Part shown: piece after piece, positions 29,737 to 39,183 of the stretch | Layout of the letters: each line of letters starts with the position of its first letter | Position numbering within the stretch: the first letter of the stretch is position 1 | Assembly: GCA_963845145.1 (NCBI GenBank) | Contig: CAWJQU010000005.1 | Span: forward strand, 800,001-864,000 | Direction: 5' to 3' | From: an uncultured delta proteobacterium | GTDB taxonomy: Bacteria > Desulfobacterota > Desulfobacteria > Desulfobacterales > QNYZ01 | DNA: 64,000 nt | The notes under the pieces: generated by a model | What the model was told of the DNA's origin: nothing | Databases searched by the model: none | The model's input: the letters and a program-made list of their open reading frames with translations, nothing else | Position numbers and translations under genes: made by a program

Positions 29737-30148
29737 ATTAATAAAGATAATATCAAATAGTTATAAATAAATTGCTCGTTTGGTAAAGTATTCGAAAAAA
29801 CCCAAATTGACGACTATATCAATTTGGATTTTTATTTTAAGAAATAGATTGTCGAATGCTTTCATTCGGCACCTCCTAAATCAATAAATTATGGTTTAGA
29901 CCCACTGGTTCCATAGCATTCTTGCTATGGATGACTGCCGAATGGAACTTTCAGAAGCTGCTGGATTAAATCGTGTGAGTGACCTACCTTGTTTTCACGC
30001 GCCTTATTTTAGAAAAAAGGGCCAAGCTAAAATAATCGAGGTGGCTATTTTAGTCAACTCGCTTGACTCCTACCCTGTTTTTTGTTATTTTAGCTTTCGG
30101 CGTTATATTAAAATAACGAGAATTATTATTTTAGGACAGTTTCAATCA

Positions 30149-31315
30149 ATGAAACGAAAGCTCCAGGGACAATACGTTACGATTTCAACCGTGGGAGAGA
30201 AGGCTCGGGCCTTTATCCCTGCCCCGCTGCCGCCGAATCCTTCCATCGAGTGGACGCCGGCGTTGCACAGCAAGTTTGACCATGCACTACTTGCGCTCGG
30301 TAGGCTGGACAGCATCTCGACCTTTTTACCAGACATTTCCCTATTTCTTTACATGTATGTTCGTAAAGAGGCCGTTCTTTCCTCCATGATCGAGGGAACG
30401 CAGTCGACGCTTTCCGATCTCTTGCTTTTTGAACTGGATATGGAACCCGGTGTGCCGCTGAACGATGTACGTGAGGTCAGCAATTATGTGGCTGCCCTGG
30501 ATTTCGGACTAAAGCGACTGGTCGAAGGATTTCCTTTGTCCCTCCGTCTGATCAAAGAAATGCATGCTGTGTTGCTTTCCAAAGGGCGGGGCTCCAACCA
30601 GACACCTGGTCAATTTCGCAGAACCCAGAATTGGATCGGAGGTACCCGACCCGGCAATGCTGCCTTTGTTCCACCGCCGGCTGAACAGGTGTTGGATTGT
30701 TTGGGTAAATTGGAGTTGTTTCTGCATGACCAGCCGGAACCCACCCCTGCCTTGCTCAAGGCCGCTTTGGCCCATGTGCAGTTTGAAACAATCCATCCGT
30801 TTTTAGATGGCAACGGTCGTTTAGGCCGCCTGTTAATCACACTGTTATTGTGCGAACAAAAAATGCTTCGGGAGCCAATGCTTTATCTTAGCCTATATTT
30901 CAAAACACACCGGCAATATTACTACGAGCTGCTCAATGAAATTCGTTTAAACGGAAACTGGGAAGCCTGGCTCGATTTCTTCGCCGAAGCGGTCATCGTC
31001 ACCGCTACCCAGGCGGTGGACACCGCCAGGCAGCTCGTAAATCTTGCCAATGAAGACCGAGACAGAATCAGTGGACTTGGCCGGGCGGCAGCGTCATCCC
31101 TGCGGGTGCATCAAACCCTGATGGGGCGTCCAATCACGGCTTCCAATTGGGTGGTGAAAAAAACAGGTATCACGCCGGCCACGGTCAACAAATCCCTGGA
31201 ACATCTGCAACGGTTGGGGATTGTCAGTGAACTGACCTCCCGCAAGCGCAATCGGATTTTTAGTTACACAGGATATCTGGAAATCATGAATCAAGGGACG
31301 GAGTTGCCCGACTGA
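30149..31315 (+). CDS. Fic-family protein with N-terminal Fic_N region and C-terminal HTH
   Basis: HPFLDGNGRLGR catalytic motif, EAVLSSMIEGTQ inhibitory motif. Start reassigned from 29927 to ATG 30149 (MKRKLQG). Confidence 0.92.
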   Translation: MKRKLQGQYVTISTVGEKARAFIPAPLPPNPSIEWTPALHSKFDHALLALGRLDSISTFLPDISLFLYMYVRKEAVLSSMIEGTQSTLSDLLLFELDMEPGVPLNDVREVSNYVAALDFGLKRLVEGFPLSLRLIKEMHAVLLSKGRGSNQTPGQFRRTQNWIGGTRPGNAAFVPPPAEQVLDCLGKLELFLHDQPEPTPALLKAALAHVQFETIHPFLDGNGRLGRLLITLLLCEQKMLREPMLYLSLYFKTHRQYYYELLNEIRLNGNWEAWLDFFAEAVIVTATQAVDTARQLVNLANEDRDRISGLGRAAASSLRVHQTLMGRPITASNWVVKKTGITPATVNKSLEHLQRLGIVSELTSRKRNRIFSYTGYLEIMNQGTELPD

Positions 31316-31459
31316 CAGGACAATAAGTGCCAGTCCTCCTTATTTTGAAAGATTACAGATGGCAATCTTTGAAAGAATACTCTAAAGTGGTTAAGAACAC
31401 CTTATATACGTATCGGGTGACCAAAGAATCATGACAATGGCATATCCAATGCAAAGGAA

Positions 31460-33598
31460 ATGACGATGACCCCAAATCAGAATCCGGATCTGAATCGGGA
31501 ACCGGACTTTTTTTCACAAGCTATGGCCTACGGGATTGATACTTTTCAACGTTCGGTCCTTTTTTGGGATACGCTGAGGGAGAGGGGGAATAACTACCTG
31601 ACCCACAACAAGGCCGGAAAACCTTCGGTCCTGGCATTTGACCAGGAGGTTATCGCCGATGGTCGTGATTTGGAGCGGCCCGTCAATTACACCCTGGTGG
31701 CCGTCACCGCTCCCGGTGGAAAACCACCCTCGCCGAAGAAACGACCCATTATCGTGATCGATCCCCGGGCCGGCCACGGGCCGGGGATCGGGGGATTCAA
31801 AAGTGAGTCCGAAATTGGCTTTGCTCTGAAAAACGGACACCCTGTCTATTTCATCACCTTCTTTCCGGACCCTGTTCGGGGACAGACCATCACCGATATT
31901 CAACAGGCCGAAGTGCAATTTATACAGCAGGTCACCGAACGCCACCCTGACCTGCAGGACCCGGTGGTCATCGGTAATTGTCAGGCAGGTTGGGCCCTGG
32001 CCCTGATCGGTGCCGACCGCCCGGATATTACCGGCCCCATGGTTCTGGTGGGGTCGCCGCTTTCTTACTGGGCCGGCGCCGAAAATAAAAACCCCATGCG
32101 CTATCGCGGCGGGTTGTCCGGCGGTACCTGGACGGTATCTTTTTTAAGCGACCTGGGAAACGGCAAATTTGACGGGGCCAACCTGGTGTCGGGCTTCGAG
32201 GATTTGAATCCGGCCAACACCTTCTGGAAAAAGTATTACCAGCTGTACAGTGGCATTGATAACTCAAGAGATCGATTTCTGGATTTCGAGCGTTGGTGGA
32301 ACGGCTATTTTTACATGACCGGCGAAGAGATCCATTTCATCGTGAAAAATCTCTTTGTAGATAATTCGCTCGAAACCGGCAATTTGGTCATGGAAAACGG
32401 CCGCAAGATCGATTTGAAGAAGATGGAGGACCCCATTGTGATCCTGGCGTCCCAGGGCGACAATATCACGCCGCCTCAACAGGCGCTAAACTGGATTGCC
32501 AAGGCCTACGGATCCGTTGAAGAAATCAAGCGTAACGGACAGGTTATCGTTTACCGGGTGCATGAGGACATCGGTCATTTAGGGATTTTTGTCTCCGGCC
32601 GGGTTGCGCGTAAAGAACATCGTAAAATCATTGAAACCATTGACCTGACGGAATTGCTTTCGCCGGGCCTTTACGAGTTGGTGCTTGAAGAAAAACAAAC
32701 CCCGGCCGGGATTCAGGATTACAACGTTCGTTTCGAAGAAAGGACCGTCGATGAGATCTTATCGCTGGACGACGGACAGGCGGACGAGGCCGCTTTTCAA
32801 GCTGTGGCGACCCTATCGGACATCAATGATGTCGCCTATCAACTGTTATTTCAGCCGACGGTTCGAGCCATGAGTTCCGAAAGATCGGCCCGGTTGTTTC
32901 GGTTGATGCACCCGTTGCGTATGTCCCGCTATATGGTGTCCGACAGCAATCCGCTTCTGGGGCCGATCAAAGCGGTTGCTCCGCTGGTGAAAGAGAGCCG
33001 GAAACCGGTGGGTGATGATAACCCCTTTAAATTTATAGAAGCCTGCGCTGCCGACGTCACGGCTGGGACTCTCGATCTATACCGCGATCTTCGTGACAGT
33101 GCCTCCGAGCTGACCTTCCGGCTGATCTACAATCATCCAATGATGCGACCGTTTTTTAAAGCGAGGCCTGCGCCTCAAAATCCGGCCGGCGATGCGGATT
33201 CGAAGCCCATCCGGCCGGCCTCAGAAAATAATCGGCCTCAGTTCGCGGCCATGACCGCAGGTGGGTTTGCCAATGCCGTTATTCGCATGATGGTCCTGAT
33301 TGCCGGAGCCGACCGGGTATTCCACCAAGCGGAATTGGATGCCTATCTAAAAGTGTTAAAAACCAACCGGCGGCTGCGCTGGATCAATCCGGACCGTTTA
33401 AGAGAAATGATTTTAAAACAGAGTGGGCTGATTGACATGGATACCGACCGTGCGATTCAAACACTATCCCATTTATTGCCCGACGACAAAGATCGCAAAG
33501 ATGCCATTCGCATCGCTGAGAAAATTACAGGTGCCGATCATTCGATCAGCCATGAAGAGAAGCTGAGGCTGCAAAAGATAAAATCCTCACTGGTGTAA
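31460..33598 (+). CDS. DUF3141 (PHA-synthase-like alpha/beta hydrolase) protein with TerB-like C-terminus
   Basis: DPRAGHGPGIGGFK, GNCQAGW nucleophile elbow, FERWW, GDNITPPQQA, GHLGIFVS; C-terminal GAD...E repeats. Confidence 0.85.
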   Translation: MTMTPNQNPDLNREPDFFSQAMAYGIDTFQRSVLFWDTLRERGNNYLTHNKAGKPSVLAFDQEVIADGRDLERPVNYTLVAVTAPGGKPPSPKKRPIIVIDPRAGHGPGIGGFKSESEIGFALKNGHPVYFITFFPDPVRGQTITDIQQAEVQFIQQVTERHPDLQDPVVIGNCQAGWALALIGADRPDITGPMVLVGSPLSYWAGAENKNPMRYRGGLSGGTWTVSFLSDLGNGKFDGANLVSGFEDLNPANTFWKKYYQLYSGIDNSRDRFLDFERWWNGYFYMTGEEIHFIVKNLFVDNSLETGNLVMENGRKIDLKKMEDPIVILASQGDNITPPQQALNWIAKAYGSVEEIKRNGQVIVYRVHEDIGHLGIFVSGRVARKEHRKIIETIDLTELLSPGLYELVLEEKQTPAGIQDYNVRFEERTVDEILSLDDGQADEAAFQAVATLSDINDVAYQLLFQPTVRAMSSERSARLFRLMHPLRMSRYMVSDSNPLLGPIKAVAPLVKESRKPVGDDNPFKFIEACAADVTAGTLDLYRDLRDSASELTFRLIYNHPMMRPFFKARPAPQNPAGDADSKPIRPASENNRPQFAAMTAGGFANAVIRMMVLIAGADRVFHQAELDAYLKVLKTNRRLRWINPDRLREMILKQSGLIDMDTDRAIQTLSHLLPDDKDRKDAIRIAEKITGADHSISHEEKLRLQKIKSSLV

Positions 33599-33645
33599 TC
33601 GGATATCCCAACGGACGATATCTCAACGGGCAATGGTGAACGACA

Positions 33646-34437
33646 TTATTTTTCGTCGATTTGCCGGCTTTTATCTGTCGACACGATAAACTGCATGACT
33701 TCCCGCCACCACGATTCTTCCGGATTCGTGGGCCAATTGTTGTGACCCGCATGTTCAAATCGCCACAAACGTTTGGGTGATTTTACCTGGTCGTACAAGC
33801 GAAGGGAGCGTTGGTTGGGAATAATCTCATCCAGGGCCGCGATGACAACGGCAATCGGTTTGTGAAATGATTGCAGGTTCTTGATATTGTCGAACCGATC
33901 TTTGAGAAATAGGCGAACCGGTAAATACCAGTAAATCGATTGTGCCAGATCCGGCAAGGAGTCCCAGGGGGTGATCAATATAATCCCTTCCATCGGCACC
34001 GGAGGATCAGCGGCGACGGCTGCCGCAACGCCGCACCCCAGGGATTCACCCAACAGGTAAATGGGGCCGCCAAAAGCCTCATGGGCCAGCCGGATCGATT
34101 GATGGGCATCCTTGATAAAAAGCGCTTCCGAGGGCTTTCCGGTTCGACCACCATAACCGGGATACTCAGCCAAAACCACACGGTATCCCAGGGGCGTCAA
34201 GGCCGCCACATAGTAATTGCGATGCCAGGCAGCACCTGCGTTCCCGTGAAAGACAATGATTGTCCCTTTGGATATGCCCGGCGATATATTTGGTGGGACA
34301 GCGCCAACAAATCCGCGATAGCCGTCACCCGAATTGGGCCAGTGTTTGAGGCCCATATCAAGGACCTCGTCGACGGTTGGTTTTCCCTGATCCGGAAAAT
34401 AGATCATCTTCCGCTGCAGGATAAAAACGAGCACCAT
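33646..34437 (-). CDS. Alpha/beta hydrolase (ABHD/Bem46-like); true N-terminus uncertain
   Basis: FHGNAG, EYPGYG, GESLG, DEII, AGHN triad. A hydrophobic helix continues upstream in frame without a start codon. Confidence 0.85.
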   Translation of the reverse strand: MVLVFILQRKMIYFPDQGKPTVDEVLDMGLKHWPNSGDGYRGFVGAVPPNISPGISKGTIIVFHGNAGAAWHRNYYVAALTPLGYRVVLAEYPGYGGRTGKPSEALFIKDAHQSIRLAHEAFGGPIYLLGESLGCGVAAAVAADPPVPMEGIILITPWDSLPDLAQSIYWYLPVRLFLKDRFDNIKNLQSFHKPIAVVIAALDEIIPNQRSLRLYDQVKSPKRLWRFEHAGHNNWPTNPEESWWREVMQFIVSTDKSRQIDEK

Positions 34438-34544
34438 AAAAATCGCATAACCAAGGGCAATGAAAAAACCGATTCGTAGATATCATCTGCTTATTTAATC
34501 CGGTATCAGGGGAATCTTTGCCCTGTAAAAATTGGGCATCGTTC

Positions 34545-35408
34545 TTAATTGGCCTTTTTGAGCCGATTTAGCGTGGCTTGCCGGGCCTTTTCGACATCTT
34601 TATTCAAGACAGACGCTTTGCGTGTGGTCCAGTAAAGGGCTTCTTCTTCATCCTTGGTAAAAACCCCGCACCACATCAAACCGGACATTGCGCCGGGAGA
34701 AACCGGGTTGGCCTGGAGCGCCCGCAGAAAGGCCGCTTTGGCACGGGCATAGTCATTGTTGCGATAATAAGCCCATCCCATAAGATTTTGGGCCATAAAA
34801 GATTGGGGTGAAGACTTCACGGCAGCTTCAAACAGGGAAAGGTCTATCGGGCCACTTTCAGAATGACCGTAGGCCGAATAGATGTAGAATTGTTCCAGGG
34901 CACGGCCCAATGTATCGGCACTGGTGGGTGTCAACTTTTCAGGCCAGAGTGCCGACCTTCGGCTTACTTGAGCATACGGCAGCCCGCAATCGTCGAGCCA
35001 TTGAATAAACGTATTCCTAAATCCGATGAGGTCATCGTCAAAGGAAAAAGAGAGGGTCGTCGATACGGCGGGTTTGCTTTCTTTGCCATCGTACAAAAAG
35101 AGGGTCGTCTCCTTTTCGTGTACTTGACCATACAAACAGAAACGAATGTCCTGTTCCTCGCTCAACCGTAGAAAATTGAGATATTTATTTTGTCCGCGGT
35201 TATACTTTTTGAAATTGGTATCTTCGGCGAACAGCTTTTTTACGCGCCAACCGAACCAGAACTCCTTTAAATAGGTATTGACCACAATGGTATTGCCTAA
35301 AAGAAAATGTAGCGACAAGCCTACGCCATTAAAATCATTGTGGGATCGGGGTTGAAAAGGCAGGACGATAAAACGGTCTTTACCTGTCGTGTTTTCTAAT
35401 TTGTTCAT
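34545..35408 (-). CDS. TPR-containing hypothetical protein
   Basis: C-terminal TPR-like AQNLMGWAYYRNNDYARAKAAFLRALQANP. Confidence 0.75.
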   Translation of the reverse strand: MNKLENTTGKDRFIVLPFQPRSHNDFNGVGLSLHFLLGNTIVVNTYLKEFWFGWRVKKLFAEDTNFKKYNRGQNKYLNFLRLSEEQDIRFCLYGQVHEKETTLFLYDGKESKPAVSTTLSFSFDDDLIGFRNTFIQWLDDCGLPYAQVSRRSALWPEKLTPTSADTLGRALEQFYIYSAYGHSESGPIDLSLFEAAVKSSPQSFMAQNLMGWAYYRNNDYARAKAAFLRALQANPVSPGAMSGLMWCGVFTKDEEEALYWTTRKASVLNKDVEKARQATLNRLKKAN

Positions 35409-35462
35409 CGATGGCTTCCTTTTATCAAGTGTTTCTATCCCTTGAGGAAGAAAGAGTAATAT

Positions 35463-35780
35463 TCAAGCCAGCATGTCGTCCACTTCTGTATCGAGATTGC
35501 GAATCTCGGCCACCAACGTATCCGCGCCTTTCTTCCGGGATTTGCGCAATTTTTCTCCCCAATGTTGAAGCGTCGGTGTATCGATACGGCGCACACTGCG
35601 ATCTTTGGCCCACTCTTTTCCGATTTTTTCGCCAAGCCCGTCGAGCAGCGCGTCGACTTTTTTCTTTTGCGGGGTGGGTACCGTTTCAAGTATCTCTTTT
35701 TTTCTTGACTGCCACCCACGGATGAGAAACGTTCCCTCCTGAAATTTTCGATACCATTCCTTTTCGTGTCTTGTCGCCAT
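35463..35780 (-). CDS. Hypothetical protein (105 aa)
   Basis: AGGGGG SD, co-oriented in the MoxR-VWA operon, protein-like composition (GKEWAKD...IDT motif). Confidence 0.7.
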   Translation of the reverse strand: MATRHEKEWYRKFQEGTFLIRGWQSRKKEILETVPTPQKKKVDALLDGLGEKIGKEWAKDRSVRRIDTPTLQHWGEKLRKSRKKGADTLVAEIRNLDTEVDDMLA

Positions 35781-35805
35781 GGCGCTTACCCCCTTGATTC
35801 GAATA

Positions 35806-36996
35806 CTATTTAGCCATCATATGCCCCACCGCTTTTTCCAAACCATCGATAGATAGTTCGAACATGGGAAAAATTTGCCTGATGGTTCCGATGGAATGGG
35901 TATAATCCCACATTCTTTCAGGGACCGGGTTTAACCAGGCACAGTGGGGAAAGGTATCGGCTATGAACTGTAGGCGCTCTATACTGGGCAGGCCGGAGCG
36001 CTCTTCCAGATGAATCGAGCCGTCGGTCGCCATCAATTCATAGGGCGCCATACTGGCGTCGCCCACGATGAACATGCGTGTTTCGGGATCGTTGCGGCTA
36101 AAATCAGCCACTTTTTTGGGTTTTTTAAACCGGGCCGTGTCTTCCCAGAGCGCATCGTAGATCGTGTTGTGGAAAAAATAGGTTTTAATCTCCTTGAACT
36201 GGGCGCGGGCATAATCGAAAAGGGTTTGGACAATCTGAATATAGGGTTCCATGGACCAGCCGCCGTTATCGATGGCCAAAATAATATTCAAGCGGTCCTT
36301 CAGGCTACGGTCAAAAACAATCTCGATCTCCCCGGCATTTTTCATGGTTTGATAAATGGTTTCATCAATGTTGACCTGATCCTTGGGGCCGGAAGGAATC
36401 ATGTTGCGAAGACGTTTGAGCGCTTCCCCCACCATGGGCCGGGTAAGCGGGCCGGAAAGGGAGTAGTCTTTGTAGCGCCGATCCATCGCTACCTTTACAG
36501 CTGACTTGTTGCCCGATACGCCGCCCACACGCATACCACCGGGGTGAAACCCGGAATGGCCCACAGGTGAGGTGCCGCCGGTACCGATCCATTTACGACC
36601 GCCGTGATGTTCGCCGGTCTGCTCTTTGAGTCGTTCTTTGAAATACTCGATCAACTCATCAGGCGATAGCTTGTTGAGTTCCGATTCGTCGATGCCGAGG
36701 GCATCGGCCAGCATTTTCGGATTTTTAAGCCATGATTCCAGCATGGCCCGAGCCATTTCGTCCAGTGCCATTCCGTCCAAATCGGGCATCTCGGCCCCTT
36801 CAAAATAGTGGGCGAAGACCTGATCGAAAAGGTCGAAATAGCGCTCGCTTTTGATCAGTATCGATCGGGAGGCGGTATAAAAATCATTCAAGGAAACAAT
36901 CAAGCCCTGTTTTAAAGCCTTATGCAGGGTGAGAAAGGCGGTAGGGGAAACGGGAATCCCGACTTCCTTGAGCTTGTAGAAAAAATCGATAAACAT
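35806..36996 (-). CDS. VWA-domain CoxE-like protein
   Basis: HHGGRKWIGTGGTSPVGH, DNGGWSM (MIDAS-like), VGDASMAPYEL, WLNP. Confidence 0.88.
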   Translation of the reverse strand: MFIDFFYKLKEVGIPVSPTAFLTLHKALKQGLIVSLNDFYTASRSILIKSERYFDLFDQVFAHYFEGAEMPDLDGMALDEMARAMLESWLKNPKMLADALGIDESELNKLSPDELIEYFKERLKEQTGEHHGGRKWIGTGGTSPVGHSGFHPGGMRVGGVSGNKSAVKVAMDRRYKDYSLSGPLTRPMVGEALKRLRNMIPSGPKDQVNIDETIYQTMKNAGEIEIVFDRSLKDRLNIILAIDNGGWSMEPYIQIVQTLFDYARAQFKEIKTYFFHNTIYDALWEDTARFKKPKKVADFSRNDPETRMFIVGDASMAPYELMATDGSIHLEERSGLPSIERLQFIADTFPHCAWLNPVPERMWDYTHSIGTIRQIFPMFELSIDGLEKAVGHMMAK

Positions 36997-37008
36997 AATG
37001 TGCCCAAT

Positions 37009-37863
37009 TTATATAATGCGTCTTCGATTTAGGGCTGCGGCAATTTTTTGGTAATCGTTGCTCTTTTTAAAAAGAACCCCCAGGTAGGGCACATCGCCCT
37101 TGGCCAGCTGTTTCGGTTTAAATTCCGGATCCAGGGTCAACGCACGAATCCAGTTGATCAGCTCCCTTGTGGCGGGACGTTTTTCAACCGCGTCCTGCTC
37201 CCTTAACCGGTAAAATGCACCCACCGCATTTTCCATCAACGCCGAGTCTATGTCCGGAAAATGCACTTTAATGATCCGACGCATCATTTTGGGGTCCGGA
37301 AAGGCGATATGATGAAAGTTGCACCGGCCCAAAAAGGGATCGGAAAGATCTTTCTTGGCATTGGAAGTGATGATAATCACCGGCCGATGACGGGTTTGAA
37401 TCGTTTTATCGGTCTCAATGATATCAAACGCCATCTGATCGAGGACATCCAGCATGTCGTCCTGAAAATCGGTATCCGCCTTGTCGATTTCATCAATCAA
37501 AAGCACGGTTCGCTTATCGGCCGTAAAGGCCTGGCCGATTTTGCCCATTTTAATATATGCTTCAATATCGCTGACATCCCTTTGGGAATCACCGAAACGG
37601 CTATCATTTAACCGGGTCAATGTATCGTACTGGTAGAGCGCCTCCACGAGTTTCATGCTTGATTTAACATTGAGTACGATCAGCGGCATCTCCAAAGCTG
37701 TGGCAATGGCATGGGCCAGCATGGTCTTGCCGGTACCGGGTTCGCCTTTGAGCAATAGGGGCATCTCAAGCGCCATGGAAATATTGACGATGGCGGCCAG
37801 TTCTTGGTCCAAAACATATTTATGGTCACCGGTAAACGGTATTATTTTATTGGATTCCGTCAT
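37009..37863 (-). CDS. MoxR-family AAA+ ATPase (CoxD-like)
   Basis: PLLLKGEPGTGKT, YQYD...RLNDSRFG, LLIDEIDKAD, ITSN, FLGRC. Confidence 0.92.
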   Translation of the reverse strand: MTESNKIIPFTGDHKYVLDQELAAIVNISMALEMPLLLKGEPGTGKTMLAHAIATALEMPLIVLNVKSSMKLVEALYQYDTLTRLNDSRFGDSQRDVSDIEAYIKMGKIGQAFTADKRTVLLIDEIDKADTDFQDDMLDVLDQMAFDIIETDKTIQTRHRPVIIITSNAKKDLSDPFLGRCNFHHIAFPDPKMMRRIIKVHFPDIDSALMENAVGAFYRLREQDAVEKRPATRELINWIRALTLDPEFKPKQLAKGDVPYLGVLFKKSNDYQKIAAALNRRRII

Positions 37864-37942
37864 AAATTGTCCTGTCTTATTTATTAGATAAAGATTAGAT
37901 AAAAATGATTAGATAAAATGGGTTCCTTTTGGTGCTTTTGTT

Positions 37943-39070
37943 TTAAATCGGTTCACTGCGCAATCGGGCTGATAAATTCTTCGTCATTCTAAGCACTTTT
38001 TCCGCGTGTTCAACGGAAAGGGACCCAATCCCGCAACTGGGGGTAATCATGGATTGATCAATCAGAATGTTTCTTTCAATTCCCAGTGCCATCATTTGCC
38101 GGGCATATATGCGCCAGCGATTTGACAAAGCTTCAGAGGTCTCCTTCTCGATGTAAGCCGGGTCTCCTGTTGGGACAATCCCCCAGGCCAAGACACCACC
38201 GCCATCGATAAAAGATTTGATCTCATCAGGAAAGAGAATGAACCGATCAAAATACAGGTAGGCGTCGAAATTGACGATATCCACGCCTGAAGCCAGCACC
38301 AGCGACCAATCGGTATTGGCGCAGACATGTATCCCCGCCAGTCCACCGGCGGCATGGATGGCCGTAACCACCTCCGCCAGGCTGGCAATGGTTTCCTCCC
38401 TTGAAATACTGATCAACTCCGACGAGCCGAATCCGGCCAGGGCCGGTTCATCGATAAAGATGATCACCGGCCATGCCCCCCCGGCGAGTTTATGGACCTG
38501 CCAGTGGGCCTTTACAGCCAGTAACTTATTGGCAGCATCACGGGTCTGCTCATCGTAGAAGATCGGGCGCCCGTTTTCATCTTTAACGCCGGTGCCGAAA
38601 GTAATCGGTCCGGTGACCTGCCCTTTTACGGCTATCGGGGTTGTTGATGGCGATTTAAGATAATCAACCAGGGCGAAAAAACCACCGGCAATATCCGGTG
38701 TCAGAGATAGACCGAATTCCGCTGCATCGCCGTTGCCTTCCGTAATCGCCAGGTAAGCTTCATAAAATGATAACAGCTCCGCATCAAAAGACGGATCATT
38801 ACGAGCGATGAACATGCGATCTTTTTCAATGCGTAGTCCGGGCATACCGGGCAGAAACTGAGGGATCATCTGTTCGTTGGGATTCGTGGGAAGTTGCGCC
38901 CATATGGGTATGTCGGGCGTATGGGCAATGACCTGCGCCAGGGCTTCCGCATGATCCTTATACGGCAGGCTCCCGATCAACGAGGGTCGTAATTCCGGTT
39001 TGAATGGAGATACCATTGTATTTTTAACCGTTGTTGTTTCTTCAGATAACGTCGAATCAGCCATGAACAA
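37943..39070 (-). CDS. Core (single-barrel) cobalamin-independent methionine synthase-like protein
   Basis: IGSLP, WAQLP, KGQVTGPITF, IDEP, Zn-ligand pattern HVC...FDAY...TPSCG. Confidence 0.75.
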   Translation of the reverse strand: MFMADSTLSEETTTVKNTMVSPFKPELRPSLIGSLPYKDHAEALAQVIAHTPDIPIWAQLPTNPNEQMIPQFLPGMPGLRIEKDRMFIARNDPSFDAELLSFYEAYLAITEGNGDAAEFGLSLTPDIAGGFFALVDYLKSPSTTPIAVKGQVTGPITFGTGVKDENGRPIFYDEQTRDAANKLLAVKAHWQVHKLAGGAWPVIIFIDEPALAGFGSSELISISREETIASLAEVVTAIHAAGGLAGIHVCANTDWSLVLASGVDIVNFDAYLYFDRFILFPDEIKSFIDGGGVLAWGIVPTGDPAYIEKETSEALSNRWRIYARQMMALGIERNILIDQSMITPSCGIGSLSVEHAEKVLRMTKNLSARLRSEPI

Positions 39071-39183
39071 TCGGTATTATATATCACGAATTCGATGTAT
39101 CCTCAAACGACCAAAAAACAAAGTCTTTCCTGAAAAATGATCAATTTACACCCATTTGCGACAAACAACGGTTAAGTTACAGG

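Noticed and set aside
29927..30148. N-terminal extension of the Fic ORF (also the extensions at 41830-41952 and 27250-27303)
   Set aside because: Low-complexity or promoter-like DNA, or overlap with a neighbouring gene; downstream starts fit the family N-termini better.
34438..34490. In-frame TGA upstream of the alpha/beta hydrolase as another Sec codon
   Set aside because: It precedes a TM helix rather than a redox motif, there is no in-frame start before the next upstream stop, and no SECIS is evident. A damaged start or indel is more likely.
37883..37918. ATTAGATAAA x3 upstream of moxR
   Set aside because: Irregular spacing (11 and 14 nt) in a short AT-rich gap; probably slippage, and no function can be supported.
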